Positions 41,625-55,454 of a stretch of 64,000 nucleotides of DNA are shown in pieces (position 1 is the first letter of the stretch; the number at the start of each line of letters is the position of its first letter). The notes beneath the pieces are model-generated. The model saw only the letters and a list, made by a program, of their open reading frames with translations, did no database searches and was not told the DNA's origin. The DNA is from the human T2T-CHM13v2.0 reference genome, Homo sapiens. The stretch is taken from assembly GCF_009914755.1 (NCBI RefSeq), contig NC_060927.1; one strand, 5' to 3'. Position numbers and translations under genes: made by a program.

Positions 41625-42384
41625 TGATTTGCTTAAAGAAATTACTACTGGCATTAGAGTGTCTTACAGGTTTTCCTCAAATTATTTTTTCAGTCTGCCT
41701 AATGTTTACTATGCCCTTGAGCTGCCATAATTCTGAACTACCCTGTTCTCATGCCTTACCTGATCTTCTCCTTTCTGAAAAGATAATTTTCCTCTTTGCA
41801 GGGATCCTTTTTAAAAACTTGACTTTCAGGCTTCCACTGAGTTATTTGCTTTCAATTTTATTAATTTCATGGTGTCTCTAACATCTTATTTTGTTATTTT
41901 TCACTCTCAAATTTCAATGTTAGGATGCATGTCTCTTTGCTTCTTTATTTTCTGTTGACCATATGATCATTGTGTTAAATTTTGGTGCTTCTACAGATAA
42001 ATAAGATACACATTTTTGTTACCTATAAGAGTCGATAGAGATTTTATTTGTGAATTTTAAGATGGCCTATTCTAGAAAGTAGACAGGCCTCATACACAGA
42101 CCTTTTTTCAACTTAGTATTTCATCCTGGCTCAGTCTCCATCAGGTGGTTAATTGAAATATTCTGGGTTATTTTTCCATCTAATTTGGTTGCCAAACCTC
42201 AGTTAACTTTTTTTTTTTAGTTTCTATCTTAAATATAAGATGTATAGTCTATTGCTTTTACATATTTTTCACTTTGTTGAGGATTGTTTGCTGGTCAAGC
42301 CTTACATACACCATTGCCTCCTTCTCTTATCCTATTAATCATCCTATACTATTGCATGATTTTTTAATTCTGGAAGCTCCACAT

Positions 42385-42495
42385 TTACTCAACAATGATT
42401 AATTGAGTAGTCACTATGTGCCAGGCACTATGCCAGGCTCAGGGAGACCTGGCAGTCACCAAGAAAGAGATCATTCCAACCTTATGAAGCTGAGA
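42385..42495 (-). mobile_element. L2 3' terminal fragment
   Basis: tcaacaa...ttgagtagtcactatgtgccaggcactatgccaggc. Confidence 0.75.
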
Positions 42496-43410
42496 AACCC
42501 TCAAGGTTTTCAATCACTGTCAAACTCAATTTTCATAGTCATCTATAAATCATAAAGTAGTTTTATTACTTTAAAATTATCTTTGCTATTTGATATTGTC
42601 AGTTGATTATTTTGTCATTTTTTTTCTTCATATAGGGCACTGTCTGACGGGTCTGCATAGATAAGGGTAGGAAGAGGAGATGAGGCATAGTCAAATTCTT
42701 ACCAAATCCTGTATGCTACACAATAGCGTTCACTTAGATTTTAGTTTAAGAGAAAAAAAAAGTTGTTCTGTAGCTTCTGGTCCGAAATCTTGATAATAAC
42801 CCTGGAGGCAGCCTCTGTCATGTCCCACTAAAATATCTACGGAAACCATAAGCAGGAGAAAATATGCGAAACACCAAAAAAGTGAAAACTGATACTTAAA
42901 AAAGTTAGCTGTATCTAAGAGAAACCTCTGTTAAAAATCCATGATGTATCTTTATTTCAACAGAGCCACCACACCCATTTAAACTAAATCACAATGACAC
43001 ATTTCTCATTTTTCACTTTCTTACCTCTAACTCAGAATCCCTCATAGTAGCAGCTGATACCATTTTTTAAAATTGTGGTAAACAAACATATATCATAAAA
43101 TTTATGTGTTTAACCATTTTTAAGTTTACAGGTTAGTAGCATTTCAGTATCATTAAGTTGATATGAAACATATCTCCAGAATTTTCTCATCTTGTAGAAC
43201 CAAAACCCTATAGCCATTAAACAAAAATTTCCCTTGTTCCTTTCTTCCTATTCCTGCTGATCACTGATATGCTTCCTATTTATATGAATTTGACTACATT
43301 ATATATTTCATATAAGTGAATTATTTCACTTAGCATAGTATCCTCAAGTTTATTCACGTTGTAGCATGTGACAGGATTCCCTTCCTTTTTAAGATTGCAC
43401 AATAGTCCAT

Positions 43411-43415
43411 TGTAT

Positions 43416-43471
<56 letters not shown>
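43411..43471. repeat. Compound (TG)n(TA)n microsatellite
   Basis: Seen directly. Confidence 0.95.
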
Positions 43472-43782
43472 GTCTCACATTTTTTAATCTATGTATATAT
43501 CAGTGGAGATTTGAGTTGCCTTAACCTCTTGGTTATTATGAATTGTGCTCCTACAATTATGGGTAGGCAAAGACATTGCTTCCATTTTGGGGGGATGTAT
43601 ACCAAGAAGTAGTATTGCTGGATCACATAAGAGTTCTATTTTTATTTTTTTTAACTACAGTACTATTTCCATAGTAGTTGCACCATTTTACAATCCCACC
43701 AACACTGCTGAAGTTTTCCAAGTTTCTCAAATTCTTGCCAACACTTATAATTTTCTGTTCTTTATCTTTGATAGTAACAACC

Positions 43783-44151
43783 TGATATGGATTGGCTCTG
43801 TGTTCCCATCCAAATCTCATCTTGAATTGTAACCCCCATGTGTTGAGGGAGGGACCCAGTGGAAGGTGATTGGATCATGGGGACAGTTTCCCCCTTGCTG
43901 TTCTTGTAACAGTAAGTGAGTTCTCAGGAGATCTGATAGTTTTAAAGTGGGGCACTTCCCCCTTTGCTATTTCTGTCTCTCCTGCTACTATGTAAAAGAT
44001 GCCTTGCTCCCCCTTTGCCTTCCACCATGATTGTAACTTTCCTGGGGCCTCCCCAGCCACGTAGAACTGTGAGTCAATTAAACCTCTTTTGTTTATAAAT
44101 TACGCAGTATCAGGCAGTTTCTTTATAGTAGTGTGAAAAGGAACTAATAGA
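43783..44151 (+). mobile_element. THE1D/MSTA-like solo LTR inside L1MB
   Basis: tgatatggattggctctgtg...gaactaataga. TSD CAACC/CTACC. Confidence 0.92.
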
Positions 44152-45464
44152 CTACCCTATTGGATGCGAAGTTATATTTATTATATTTTATTGTGATTTT
44201 TGGTTTGTATTTCTCTGGTGATTAGTGATGTTGAGCACCTTTTTATATGCCTCTTGGCCATTTGTATATCATCTTTGGAGAAATGTACACTCAAGTCTTC
44301 TGCCCATTTTAAAATTAGGGCATTTTATATTTGTTATTGAGTTGTAGGAGTTATTTATATATTCTAGATATTAACTCCTTATCAGATATATTATTTTTAA
44401 ATATTTTCTCCTATTACATAGGATGCCTTTTCACTATGTTGCTTGTGGCCTTTGATAGAGAAAAATTTTTAATTTTGATGTAGCCTCATTTGTATATTTC
44501 TGCTTTTGTTGCCTGCACTTTTTTGTGTGTCATATCTAAGAAGTCATTGCCAAATTGAATGTCATGAAGTTTTTTTCCTATATTTTCTTTTAGAAATTTT
44601 ATAGCTTTGGGTCTTATGTTTAAGTATGTAATCCATTTTGAGTTAATTTTTGTGTATGGTGTAAGATCGGGGCCCACCCTCATTCTTTTGCATGTGAATA
44701 TTCAGTTTTCCCAACACCATTTACTGAAGAGACTGTCTTTTCCCCACTGAATACCCTCGTTGATGATCACTGAACCACATACACTAGGGTTTATTTCTGG
44801 ACTGTATTCTAATCCATTGGTGAATATGTCTGCATTCATGTCAGTACCACACAGCTTCAATTATTGTAGCTTTGTAATATGTGTCAAATTCAGGAAGTAT
44901 GAGTCATCTGACTTTATTTTTATAAATTATTTTGGCTATTGACAGCCTCTTGATGTATAAATTTTAGAAAAATTTATTTTTGTTTCTGCAAAAAATACAA
45001 TTAGGATTTTAAAGGGGATTTTGTTGAATCTGTTGATTGCTTTCAGCAATATTAACATTTTTAAAAATGTTGTCTTCCAGTTCGTAAACATGGGATGTAT
45101 TTCCATTTACTTGTGTTTTCTTTGATTACAGCAATGTTTTGTAGTTTCAGTATACAAGTTTTTACCTCTTTGGTTAGCTTTACTCGTAGGCATTTTATTC
45201 TTTTTGATACTAATGTAAATTATTTTTTCTTAAATTTCCCTTTTTGATAACTCATTTTCTAGTGACAAATGTAACCAATTTTTGCATGTTGATTTTATAT
45301 CCTAAACTTTGCTAAATTTATTAGTTCTGCTTTTATTTTTGTGTGTGTGTGAGGCAGTACCTTTTTGAATGAGCATAATCATCCTTATTTCACCCTATAA
45401 GGCAAATTTCCTACTTTCATTTTGATATGCTGAGAAGCAAAATATATCAAAGTGTAAGCACCCA

Positions 45465-45617
45465 TAATAAGAGCTAACATTTATAGATTACTCTGTGCAA
45501 GGCATAGTTATTCTGAGCATTTTGCATATATTATTTAATTTAATCTTCACAACTACCCTATAGGAACTATTATTCTCATTTTACAGGTGAAAAAACTGAG
45601 AAACAGAGGTTCAGTCG
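45465..45617 (-). mobile_element. MIR
   Basis: agctaacatttat...tttaatcttcacaactaccctataggaactattattctcattttacaggtgaaaaaactgag. Confidence 0.85.
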
Positions 45618-45780
45618 CTATTATAAGTTTATTATTAAGTGCTATGGTCTGAATGTTTGTATTCCCTCAAATTCATATGTTGAAACCTAATCACCAATAT
45701 GAAGGTATTAGAAGGTGAAGGCTTTAAGATTAGGTCTGACCTTGTGAATGAGATTAATGCCCTATAAAAGTGGCCCCAGA

Positions 45781-48700
45781 TTTCTGCGTCCCCTGATTCC
45801 AAGACGTGGCCCCAAACTAAAGAGGAGCCCACTACCCTAAAAGGAGAGACTCAGGACTGGAAGCATTCACCACTAAAGACTGAAAAGCCCTTAGCTCTTG
45901 AATGAATATCAGCGGTAATTAGGCAGTACTTGCCATAGGCCTGGGGCAGTGGAGGCCTTGGGGATAGATCCTGCTTAAGGAAATGAAAAGGAAGAGTAGA
46001 AAGGACTTTGCCTTGCAGCTTGAGTGCCAGCTCAGCAGCAGTAAATAGAGCATCAAGAAGATTCCTAAAGTTTCTGACTCTAGACTCTGGCTTACAGATG
46101 GCATCTCTGGACACACCTAGGACCAGGGGGAACTTGCTACACCAAAGGAAAAAACACGAGTGTGACTAGATTTGCCACCTTCTAAATGTAGAGCTCTTGG
46201 GCCTTAAGTGAACACGGTTAGTAGCCATGCAGTGATCATCATAGGACTTGGCTGAAATACAGTGCTGTGTGGGCTTAAAGTCTGACCCAATGCCATGTCA
46301 GTAATGGTAGTTACAGGAGTACTTATGTCACCCCTCTCCCAGCTCCAGGAAGCTCAGCACAGAGAGACTTCACTTGTTTGGGGAAAGTAAAGAAAGAGAA
46401 AAACAGTCTCATACTGGTAATACAGGGAATTCACCCGGGTCTTACCCAGAAACACCAAGGCAGTACCTGTATGAGTCTGCAAGAGCCACAGTATTACTGG
46501 GCTTAGGGTGCCCCCCAATGCAGATATGGCTGCAGTGACCAAAAACTTAGATTGCAACACCCAAGTCTTTTTGAATACTTGGCAAATCTTCCCAAGAAGA
46601 ATAAATAAGTCCAGATTGTGAAGACTACAATAATTAACTAACTCCAATGGCCAGACACCAATGAACATCCACAAGCATCAAGACCATCTAAGAAAACATG
46701 AACTCACCAAATGAACTAAGTAAGGCACCAGGGACAAATCCTGAAGAGACAGAGGTAAGTGTCCTTTCAGATGGAGAATTCAAAATAGCTATTTTGAGGA
46801 AGTTAAACAAAATTCAAAATAATACACAGAAGGAATTCAGAATCCTATTAGGTAAATTTAACAAAGAGATTGGAATACTTTTGAAGAATCAAGCAGAAAT
46901 TCTGCAGTTGAAAAATGCAATGGACTTACCAAAGAATACATCAGGGTCTCTTAATAGCAGATTTGATCAAGCAGAAGAATAAATTAGTGAACTTGAGAAC
47001 AAGAGTATTTGAAAATACAGAGACAGAGGAGACAAAATAAAAGAGTGACGCATGCCCATAAGATCTAAAAAAGATAGCCTCAAAAAGGCAAATCTAAGAG
47101 TCTTGACTGTAAAGAAGAGACAGAGATCAGAGCAGCAAGTTTATTCAAAGGGATGTCAGAGAACTTTCAAAACCTAGAGAAGGATATCAATATTCAAGTA
47201 CAAGAAGGCTGCAGGCCACCAAATAGATTTAGCCCAAGTGAGACTACTTCAAGACATTTAATAATCAAACTCCCAAAGGTCAAGGAGGAAGAAAGTATCC
47301 TAAAAGCAGCAAAAGAAACAAATAACATAAAAAGGAGCTCCAATATGTCTGGCAACAGACATCTCATGGGGAATCTTACAGGCCAGTAGAGAGTGGCATG
47401 ACATATTTAAAGTGCTGAAGGAGAAAAAGTTTTATCGCAGAATAGAATATTCAGCAAAAATATCTCTCATACATTAGGGAGAAATAAAGACTTTCCCAGA
47501 TAATCAAAACCTATGGGATTTCATTAATATCAGATGTGTCCAACAAGAAATGCTAAAGAGTTCTTCAATCTGAAAGAAAGGGATATTAATGAGCAATAAA
47601 AAAATCTGAAGGAAGAAAACTCGTGGGTTATAGTAAGAAAATGGAAAAATGCAGAATATTATAACACTGTAATTGTGGGATATAAGTTACTCATATCTTG
47701 AGTAGAAAGAATAAAAGATATACCTATCAAAAATAATAACTACAACTTTTCAATACATAGACAGTACAATAAGATATAAATAGAAACAACAGAAAGTTAA
47801 AAAGTGGGGAGTGAATTTGAAGTGTAGAGTATTAGTTTTCTCTTTGGTTGTTAATTTGTTTATAAAATCAGATTAAAATAATGACTTCTAAAACATTATT
47901 TGCAAGCCTCATTGTAACCTCAAATCAGAAAAATCTTCAACAAATACACAAAAATAAAAGAGAAAAATGAAAATATACTACCAGAGAAAATCACTTTCAC
48001 TGAAAAGAAGACAGGAAGGAAGGAAAGGAGAAATTTGTGAAACGACCAGAAAATAAATAACAAAATGGCAAATGTAAGTTCTTACTTATCAATAATAACA
48101 CTCAATATAGTCTAACTCTAATCAGGAGGCAGAGTGGCTGAATGAATTTTAAAAAGATCCAATGATCTGTTGCCTATGAGAAAAACATTTCACTTGTAAT
48201 GACACATATAAATTCAAAATAAAGGGATGGAAAAGCGTATTCCTGCAAATGGACACAAAAAAGGTGCAAAACTATCTACACTTAAATCAAACAAAACAAA
48301 TTTAAAGACAAAAACTATAAAAAGAGACAAAGAAGATTATATAATAATAAAGCAGTAAATTCAGCAAGAAGATATAACAATTTTAAACATATATGCACTC
48401 AACACTGGAGCTCCCAGGTACCTAGAGCAAATATTAATAGAGCTAAAGAAAGAGAGAGAGACCCCAATGCAATAATAGCTGGAGGCTTCAACATCCTCAC
48501 TTTTACCTTCGTACAGACCATCTAGACAGAAAATTAGCAAAGTAACATTGGACTTAATCTGACCAAATGGACATAATAGATGTTTACAGAACATTTTATC
48601 CAAGAGCTGCAGAACAGACTTTCTTTTGCTCAGCCTGTAGATCACTCTCAAAGGTAAACCATATGTTAAGTCACAAAACAAGTCTTAAAACATTCAAAAT

Positions 48701-49605
48701 ATTGAAATTATATCAAGTATTTTCTCTGATTACAATGGAATAAAATTAGAAATCAATAAGAGTAATTTGGGCACCTATACAAACACATGGAAATTAAACA
48801 ATATGCTACAGAATGACCAAAGGGTAAACTAAGCAGTTAAGAAGGAAATTGAAAAATTTCTTGAAAGAAATAATAATGGAGATACAATATACAAAAACTG
48901 GTGGATACAATGAAAGTAGTAGTAAGAGAGAAGTTTATAGAGATAAATGCCGACATCAAAAAAGAAGAAAACCTTCAAGTAAATAACCAAATGATGCATC
49001 TTAAAGAGCTAGAAAAGCAAGAGAAAATCAAACACAAAATTAGTAGAATAAAATAAATTATAAAGATCAGGGCAGAGATAAATGAAATTGAAATGAAAAA
49101 AACTACAAAAAGTCAATGAAACAAAAAGTCAGTTTTGTAAAAAGATTAACAAAATTGACAAATCTTTAGCCAGACTAAGAAAAAAAGAGAGAAAACCCAA
49201 ATAAATAAAATCTGAGATGAAAAAGGAGAAATAACAACTGATACCACATAAATTCAAAGGATTATTAGTGGCTACTATGAGCAACTACATGCCAATAAAT
49301 GGGAAAATCTAGAAGAAATGAATAAATTTTTAGGCACACACAACCTACCAATATTGAACCGTGAAGAAATCCAAAACCTGAGCAGATCAGTAATAACTAA
49401 CAAGATTAACGCTGTAATAAATTGTCTTCAAGCAAAAAAAAAGCCCAGGACACAATGACTTCATTGCTGAATTTTACCAAACATTTAAAGAAGTGATAGC
49501 AATTCTATTCAAAATACTCTATAAAATAGAGGAGGGAATACTTCCAGAATCATTCTATGAGACCAGTATTACTTTGAGATCAAAACCAGAAAAAGATACA
49601 CCCCC

Positions 49606-49655
<50 letters not shown>

Positions 49656-52600
49656 TAAACATTCATGCAAAAATTCTCAATAAAATACTGGGAAGCTGAA
49701 CTGAAAAACACATTAAAAGATCATTTATCATGGCCAAGTGGTATTTATCCCAGAATGTAAGGATGATTCGACATATGCAAATCAATCAATGTGATATGTC
49801 ACATCAACAGAATGAAGGACAAAAATCATGATCATTTCAACCGATGCTGAAAAAGCATATAATGAAACTCAACATCTCTTCATAGTAAAAACCCTCAGAA
49901 ACTGGGTATAGAAAGAACATACCTCAACATAATAAAAGCCGTATATGACAGACCAACAGCTTGTATCATACAGAATGGGAAAAAACTGAAAGCTTTTACA
50001 CTAAAATCTGGAATAACATAAGAATGCCCACCTTCACCACTTTATTCAATATAGTACTGGAAGTCCTATTTAGAGCAATCAGACAAGAAAAGAAAACTAA
50101 AGGACATCCAAATTGAAAGGAAAGAAGTTAAGTTATCCTTGTTTGCAGATGACATAATCTTATATTTATAAAATCCTAAAAACTCATCCAAAAATCTATT
50201 AGAACTAGTAAACTTAGTGGAGTTATAAGATATTAAATCAACATGCAAAAGTCAGTAGCATTTCTATATACCAACTGTGAACAATCTGAAAAAGAAATCA
50301 AGAAATTAGTGCCATTTACAATAAATACAAATAAAATAAAATATCTAGAAAAAATTAACCAAATAAGTGAGCTTAATCTACAATAAAACATAAAATATTG
50401 ATGAAAGAAATTGAAGAGACACAAAAAATGGAAAAATATTTTGTGTTCATGGATTAGAAGAATTAATATTGTTAAAATGTTCATACTACACAAAGTAATC
50501 TATAGATTTAATGCAATCTCTATCAAAATACCAATGACATTCTTAATAAGAGTAAAAAAAATTAAATTTATATGTAACCATGAAAGACCAAGAATAGCCA
50601 GAGCTACTCTGAGCAAAAAGAACAAAACTGGAAGAATCACATTATCTGACTTCAAATTATACTACAGAACTACAGTAACCAAAGCAGCATGATACTGGCA
50701 TAAAATCAGATACATAGACCAATGGAAAAGAATAGAGAACCCAGGAATAAATACACACACTTTCACCTCATTCATCTTTAACGAAGGTGCAAAGGACATA
50801 CTTTGGAGAAAAGACAGTTTATTCAATAAATGGTGCTGAGAAAACTGGAAAGTCATATGCAGAAAAATGAAGCAAACCCCCATCTCTCACCATATACAAA
50901 AATCTAAACAAAATGGATTAAAGACTTAAATATAGGACATAAAGCAATGAAGCTACTGAAAGGAAACTTTGGGAAAATGCTATAAGACATTGGTCTGGGC
51001 CAAAATTTCTTGAGTAATACCCCACAAACACAGGCAACAAAATCAAAAATGGACAAATCGGATTACATCAGGTTAAAATGTTTCTGCATAGTAAAGGAAA
51101 CAATCAACAAAATGAAGAAACAACCCACAGAATGGAAGAAAATACGTGTCAACTAGTCATCTAACAAGAGATTAATAATCAGAATCCATAAAGAGCTCAA
51201 ACAACTCAATATGAAAAAAATCTAATAATCTGATGTTAAAATGGCCAAAGATCTGAATAGACATTTCTCAAATGATAACATAAAATGGCAAGCAAGCATA
51301 TGAAAAAGGTGCTCAACATCATTGATAACCAGAGAAAAATGTGAATAAAAACTACAATGAGATAGCATCTCACCCCAGTTAAAATGGCTTTTATCTGAAA
51401 GACAGGCAATAATGAATGCTGGTGAGAATGTGGAGAAAAAGGAACATTTGTACACTGTTGGTGGTAATGTAAATTTGTACAGTCTCCATGGAAAACATTT
51501 TGGAGGTTCTTCAAATAACTAAAACTAGCTCTATCATATGATCCAAGAATCCCACTGTTAGGTATATATCAAAAAAAAAAGGAAATTAGTATATCAAAGA
51601 CATATCTGTATTCCCATGTTTATTGTAGCACTATTCACAATAGTCAAGATTTGGAAACATCCTGTGTCCATCAACAGATGAATGGTTAAAGAAAATGTGG
51701 TACATATACACAATGGAGTGCTATACAGCTATAAAAAAATTATGAGATCCTGTCATTTGCAACAACATGGATGGAAGTGGTGAACAGTGTGTTAAGTAAA
51801 AGGAACCAGGAACAGAAAAGAGAACTTCACATATTCTCACTCATTTGTGGGGGCTAAAAATTAACACAGCTGAATTTGTAGAAATAGATGGTAGAATGAT
51901 TGCTACCAGAGGCTGGGAAAGGTAGTATGGGCCAGGGGAGTAGGGATTGTTAATGTGGACAAAAATATAGTTAAATAGAATGAATAAAATCTATGATTTA
52001 ATAGCATAATAGGGGACTATAGTGAACAATAATTTATTATACATTTAAAATAACTAAAAAAGTATAATTGAATTGTCTGTAACACAATAAATAGATAAAT
52101 GCTTGAGGTGATGGATATCCCACTTACCATGCTGTGATTATTACACATTGTATGCCCGTATCAAAATATTCCTTTGTATTTTTCCATTCTTACATTGCTA
52201 ATAGACATACCAGACTGGATAATTTATAAAGAGAGAGGTTTAACTGACTCACAATTCAGCATGGCTGAGGCCTCAGGAAACTTACAATCTTGGCAGAAGG
52301 AGAAGCAAACACATCCTTCTTCACATGGAAGCAGGAAGGAGAAAATGCAAGAAAAGGGGAAAATCCCCTTATAAAACCATCAGATCTCATGAGAACTCAC
52401 TCACTATCACAAGAACAGCATGAGGGTAACCTTCTCCATGATTAAATTACCTCCCACTGAGTCTCTGTCATGACATGTGGGGATTATGGGAACTACAATT
52501 CAAGGTGAGATTTGGGTGGGGAGACAGAGCCAAACCACATTATTCCACCCCTGGCCCCTCCCAAATCTCATGTCCTCACATTTGAAAACACAATCATGCC

Positions 52601-53526
52601 CTTCCAACAGTTCCCTCAAATCTTTAACTCATTCCAGCATTAATCTAAAGTCCAACTCCAAAGTCTCATCTGAGACAAGGCAAGTCCCTTCAGCCCATGA
52701 GCCTGTAAAATCAAAAGCAAGTTAGTTACTTCCTAGATACATTGGGGGTACAGGCATTGGGTTAATACACCTGTTCCAAATTGAAGAAACTGGCCAAAAC
52801 AAATGGGCTACAGGCCCAATGTAACTCTGAAATCCAATAGGGAAGTCATTAAACCTTAAAGTTCCAAAATGGTCTCCTTTGACCCTATGTCTCACATCCA
52901 GGTCACGCTGATGCAAGAGGTAGGCTCCCATGGCCTTGGAAAGCTCTACCACTGTGGCTTTGCAGGGTACAGCCCCTCTCCAGGCTGCCATCATGGATGG
53001 CGTTGAGTGACTGTGGCCTTTCCAGGCACATGGTACAAGCTGTTGGTGGATCTACTATTCTGGGGTCTGGAAGATGGTGAACCTCTTCTCATAGCTCCAC
53101 CAGGAAGTGCCCCAGTGGGTACTCTGTGTAGGGACTCTAACCCCACATTTCCCTTCCATACTGCCCTAGCAGAGGTTCTTCATGAGGGCTCTGCATCTGC
53201 AGCAGACTTCTGCCTGGACATCCAGGTGTTTCCATACATCCTCTGAAATCTAGGCAGAGGTTCCAAAACCTCAATTCTCAACTTCTGTGTACCTGCAGGC
53301 CCAACACCATGTGTAAGCAACCAAGGCTTGGGGCTTCCACCCTCTGAAGCAATGGACTGAGCTGTACATTAGCCCCCCATGATTAAATTACCTCCCACAG
53401 GTTCCCTCTCATGACACATGGGGATTATGGGAACTAAAATTTAAGGTGAGGTTAGGGTAGGAACACAAAGCCAAACCATACCGCCCTTAAATATATACAC
53501 CTACCAGGTACCTACAGAATTATTTT
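45781..53526 (+). mobile_element. Near full-length L1MA (L1MA2/3-like), ORFs disrupted
   Basis: 5'UTR; ORF1 pieces (46698 MNSPNELSKAPGTNP.., 47153 ENFQNLEKDINIQVQE..RHLIIKL); ORF2 pieces (FADD at ~50142, [18 protein letters not shown]); L1MA 3'UTR. 13-bp TSD AAGTGGCC(C/T)CAGA at 45768-80 and 53527-39. Confidence 0.95.
52175..53483 (-). mobile_element. Internally deleted THE1C/D provirus: 3'LTR 52175-52542, internal 52543-53371, 5'LTR stub 53372-53483
   Basis: LTR followed by the antisense PPT ttccacccctggcccctccc and THE1-int (minus ORF WRGAVPCKAT..LDVRHRVKGDHFG). TSD TCCTT/CCCTT (52170-74, 53484-88). Confidence 0.92.
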
Positions 53527-54203
53527 AAGTGGCCTCAGAGAGATGCCTTGATTTTTCACCATGTGAGAACACATAGAACATGCCATCTAGGAAGAATAGG
53601 CTCTCATCAAACACTGAATCTGCTGGTTTCCCAATTTTGGACTTCCCAGCCTCCAGAACTGTGAAAAATAAAATTTTCATTATTTAAAAGTAACCAGTCT
53701 AAGGCATTTTTATAGCAGCCTGAATAAACTATGACACTAAGACAGATGCAAAGACAGGATATAAATAAACATTATAGCTGTAGGTACCTTGGCGTAAACT
53801 AGAACAATACCCAAATCATATGTCAGGAGTCTCCTGGCCTAAGAGGTTATTTGGCCCTGCATTGAACACAATTTTTGCCCATATTGTCTATGGAAGACAA
53901 TGTGCTGATGTTATTATTATGTATGATGATGTGTTAGAGTTAAATTTTCAAGGAAGGAGGTCAATGCATACAAAGAAGGGCTTATAAGCTAGAGAAAATA
54001 CAGCTGAGCTTTATTTTTCAAGTTCATCTGTGTTTCATTTTTTCTTCTCTTTCCAAATAAATTTGAAGTCACCTTCTAGGATCATTCATTCTTTTTACAA
54101 GAATCTTGTGTGGTTATTTCTACTGCTAATTTTAACTTTTATTTAATCTAGGGGAGGTTATTTACCCTCTTGAAACTTCACTTTTCATGTATTTATCTTT
54201 TAA

Positions 54204-54285
54204 GTGCTCAAATAATAATTATTTTGAATTATTTTTGAATTATTATTTGAATTATTATTTTTGAATTATTATTTTTATTGAGCAC
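54204..54285. repeat. Short AT-rich tandem array (GAATTATT..TTT units) inside an inverted repeat
   Basis: gtgctcaaataataat ...(gaattattattttt-like units)... attatttttattgagcac. Confidence 0.7.
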
Positions 54286-55454
54286 CACAGTCACTATTAG
54301 TAGGATTTCTTTAGTTTGTAACTAAAATATCTTTGAGAACATTAGCAGTGGTTTAACCCTCTCTTTATACTCTAACTTTTGAATGCAGTATTAGTTACAT
54401 TTCAAGTACACAACATATATAAATAAAAGCATTAAACTTAATGACCAAAATATAAATTCGCTAAAGACTATCGCAGATACATAGAGTTAGGAACAGAGTT
54501 GATTGCTCAAAAGGTAATACTTCTAATAATACAATTGTTCTTCTCCTTCCACAGAATCTGTGCCTATGGCAATGGGGCCACCACATGAGAGCTGTATGTC
54601 CTTGAATAGACAGTGAAGAAAAATTTGTCCAAGTTGGCTTCACAAAGTCATCACATATGTTAGTCCTAAAATGATATTAATTGTTTGATATTGAACAACC
54701 AAGAGCTGATTTCTGACAAGCCTTATTTTGGAGAGACTAATATTATCTCTTTTTTTTCAAATTCCTAAAATATTCATGTGAAAACAAATTTGGACCATGA
54801 TGTGACTGGAACAAGACGTGGGTCAAAGAGTTGTATCCTGGGCTTTACACTCTCTTAAGACCCCCATATCACAAATACACAAAATATAAATTTATTGAAG
54901 AAAATATGGGTGACAATTGGTAAACACATAGCTTTACCACAGCAAAATCTACTACCTTGAACATCTGCTCTTGTAACTAATAATTTTCTAGCTCTAGGAA
55001 AACACCTCTATTTCTCTTGCCTTAAAACGAAAGACAAATACATCTGAGTGCTTTGAAGATTTGTGAGTTGTGTTACTGCTTACTTTTTGAAGAGAAAAAC
55101 AGAAACTGTTGAAAATGTTGGGGAGGATTTGAATGGTAGCGGAGCATAAGTAAGGGAAAAGACAAATTAATTAACTTGTCAAGTCGTTTTTCTCAGATTG
55201 CATGATTACTACAGATTCTTGCTTATCAGTGGTGCTAAGAATCTGTGTTCCTGCTTCTCTTGATATAATTTTGGGTTCTAGAGGTACTCATGAATGAGCT
55301 TAAAATTTTAATCATTGCATAGGGAAACTGAAGGAAATTTTTCCATGTTCATGAATGAATGAATACTGGTCTAGAACAAAGCTCAAATAAGTGTTAAGAG
55401 GAAAAGAAAGAGAGTGGAGATAGAAAAAAGAAAGCATAGAAATACTGTGTATTA

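Larger units (their letters stand above)
43063..45345 (-). mobile_element. L1MB-type 3' portion (ORF2 3' half plus 3'UTR)
   Basis: tttaaaattgtggtaaacaaacatatatcataaaattt start. Minus ORF PDLTPYTKINSKWITYLNIRPKAIKFLKENIG is L1 ORF2. Confidence 0.9.
45640..53736 (+). mobile_element. MLT1A-like LTR split in two (45640-45780 and 53527-53736) by an L1 insertion
   Basis: tgctatggtctgaatgttt...aagtggccccaga // aagtggcctcagagag...ttggacttcccagcctccagaactgtga...ctatgaca. Confidence 0.88.

Noticed and set aside
46698-50692. L1 ORF1/ORF2 fragments as an active LINE-1
   Set aside because: Many stops and frameshifts, an A-run/(TA)n expansion at ~49608-49656 and an old L1MA-type 3'UTR; not retrotransposition-competent.
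54535-54620. Strong plus-strand acceptor ttcttctccttccacag
   Set aside because: No convincing downstream donor or long open frame. Isolated acceptor-like sites are common.
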